Shown: piece after piece, positions 63,407 to 64,000 of the stretch
Numbering within the stretch: position 1 is the stretch's first letter
Layout: each line of letters starts with the position of its first letter
IMG/VR virus record: IMGVR_UViG_3300045988_176633
DNA length: 64,000 nucleotides
Strand: one strand, 5' to 3'
From: a virus
Program-made: the position numbers and the translations under genes
The notes under the pieces: generated by a model
Told to the model about the DNA's origin: nothing
The model's database searches: none
Seen by the model: the letters and a program-made list of their open reading frames with translations, nothing else

Positions 63407-63657
63407 ACCAGATTCTCCTTGATTGATTTTAAATAATTGATTTGTCGTAAAATCAAATTACAACATTCACCTACATAGGCTTTCTTTTCTTTCTTGAAGA
63501 TCTTGAGATATTTTTCGATATCGATAAGTTCCATCTCTCGATCAATGACCTGTTTATATTCTCCTAAACATTCCAAATCTTTCACTTCTTTAAATAAGTC
63601 ATTCCTCTTTTCGACTAAAATCTGGAAGTTTTCAATTAATTGTTGTTTTGTAATCAT
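63403..63657 (-). CDS. hypothetical small protein
   Basis: 84-aa ORF with a 4-nt overlap to the downstream gene. Confidence 0.5.
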   Translation of the reverse strand: MITKQQLIENFQILVEKRNDLFKEVKDLECLGEYKQVIDREMELIDIEKYLKIFKKEKKAYVGECCNLILRQINYLKSIKENLV

Positions 63658-63824
63658 ACTAATATCTCTTTAGGTTTGTTGAACATTGTTTGATACGCTT
63701 TATTTAAGCTAGGGAATACTTTGATGAATTCCTTGTGAGAAACTAGGATTTTGTTAGTTAACTTCGTATAAACGATTTTACACCCGTTTCTTTCAAATCT
63801 TTTGATGATACGCTCTTTCTTCAT
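63654..63824 (-). CDS. hypothetical small protein (56 aa, below the ORF-track threshold)
   Basis: Hand translation gives MKKERIIKRFERNGCKIVYTKLTNKILVSHKEFIKVFPSLNKAYQTMFNKPKEILV. ATGA overlap with the start at 63657. Confidence 0.35.
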   Translation of the reverse strand: MKKERIIKRFERNGCKIVYTKLTNKILVSHKEFIKVFPSLNKAYQTMFNKPKEILV

Positions 63825-63826
63825 GA

Positions 63827-64000
63827 CTAAAATTTGTTTTGTTGTATGATGACAATTGATTCAATATCCTCTGAGACTCGTTTTAATTGTGATTGGACAT
63901 CTTCTTTTATAATTTGATCAATCTTATTCAAAACAACTTGACTCAATAGATCGGTTTCTATTCTTTTCGAAGTATTACTAGTTCTAGTATAACAATATCG
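63827..64000 (-). CDS. hypothetical protein, C-terminal fragment (ORF enters from beyond the window end)
   Basis: The frame is open from base 64000 to the TAG at 63829..63827 (...KRVSEDIESIVIIQQNKF). The stop lies 2 nt before the next ATG. Confidence 0.4.
   Translation of the reverse strand, partial: RYCYTRTSNTSKRIETDLLSQVVLNKIDQIIKEDVQSQLKRVSEDIESIVIIQQNKF

Noticed and set aside
1-64000. CRISPR arrays, diversity-generating retroelement, integrase or invertase, tRNA genes
   Set aside because: No regularly spaced direct repeats were seen. No reverse-transcriptase motif was seen, and no tyrosine or serine recombinase motif. The only template-like duplicated segment is the 54-bp inverted repeat, which is perfect rather than A-mutagenised.

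Overview
This window is a segment of a low-GC tailed-phage genome in which essentially every gene is on the minus strand. A sheath/tube pair indicates a contractile tail. BACON-like and BspA-type LRR domains suggest a Bacteroidota/Flavobacteriia-type host, but that is inference only. Reading from high to low coordinates, the window contains: small early ORFs; a ~0.6 kb ORF-free stretch bounded by terminators; a sigma factor split into two ORFs; a holin; and a BACON-like repeat protein. Next come the portal and a MuF-like protein, followed by a probable capsid-cargo cluster (free-standing degenerate Hint domain, NUDIX multidomain protein, possible nuclease). The structural module continues with protease, scaffold and major capsid, then neck, sheath, tube, chaperones, tape measure and baseplate, and two giant fibre proteins of 2097 and 1577 aa. 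After these come small genes, a DEDDh exonuclease, a large terminase interrupted by a LAGLIDADG intein, a DnaB-like helicase and a primase. The window ends with a queD-queE-folE 7-deazaguanine precursor block plus a MazG-like gene and a kinase-like ATPase. Four HNH endonuclease genes are scattered through the window. The most unusual structure is a perfect 54-bp inverted repeat (20002..20055 / 21896..21949). It brackets the Gly-rich C-terminus of the 2097-aa baseplate-J/fibre protein and an oppositely oriented cassette with no ATG start, encoding a diverged alternative C-terminus. This looks like an invertible host-range switch, yet no invertase is visible in the window. Other notable items are a conserved bipartite promoter-like motif, a candidate non-coding transcript, and a terL gene located about 30 kb from the head module. 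All functional calls come from motif recognition by eye; no database search was possible.
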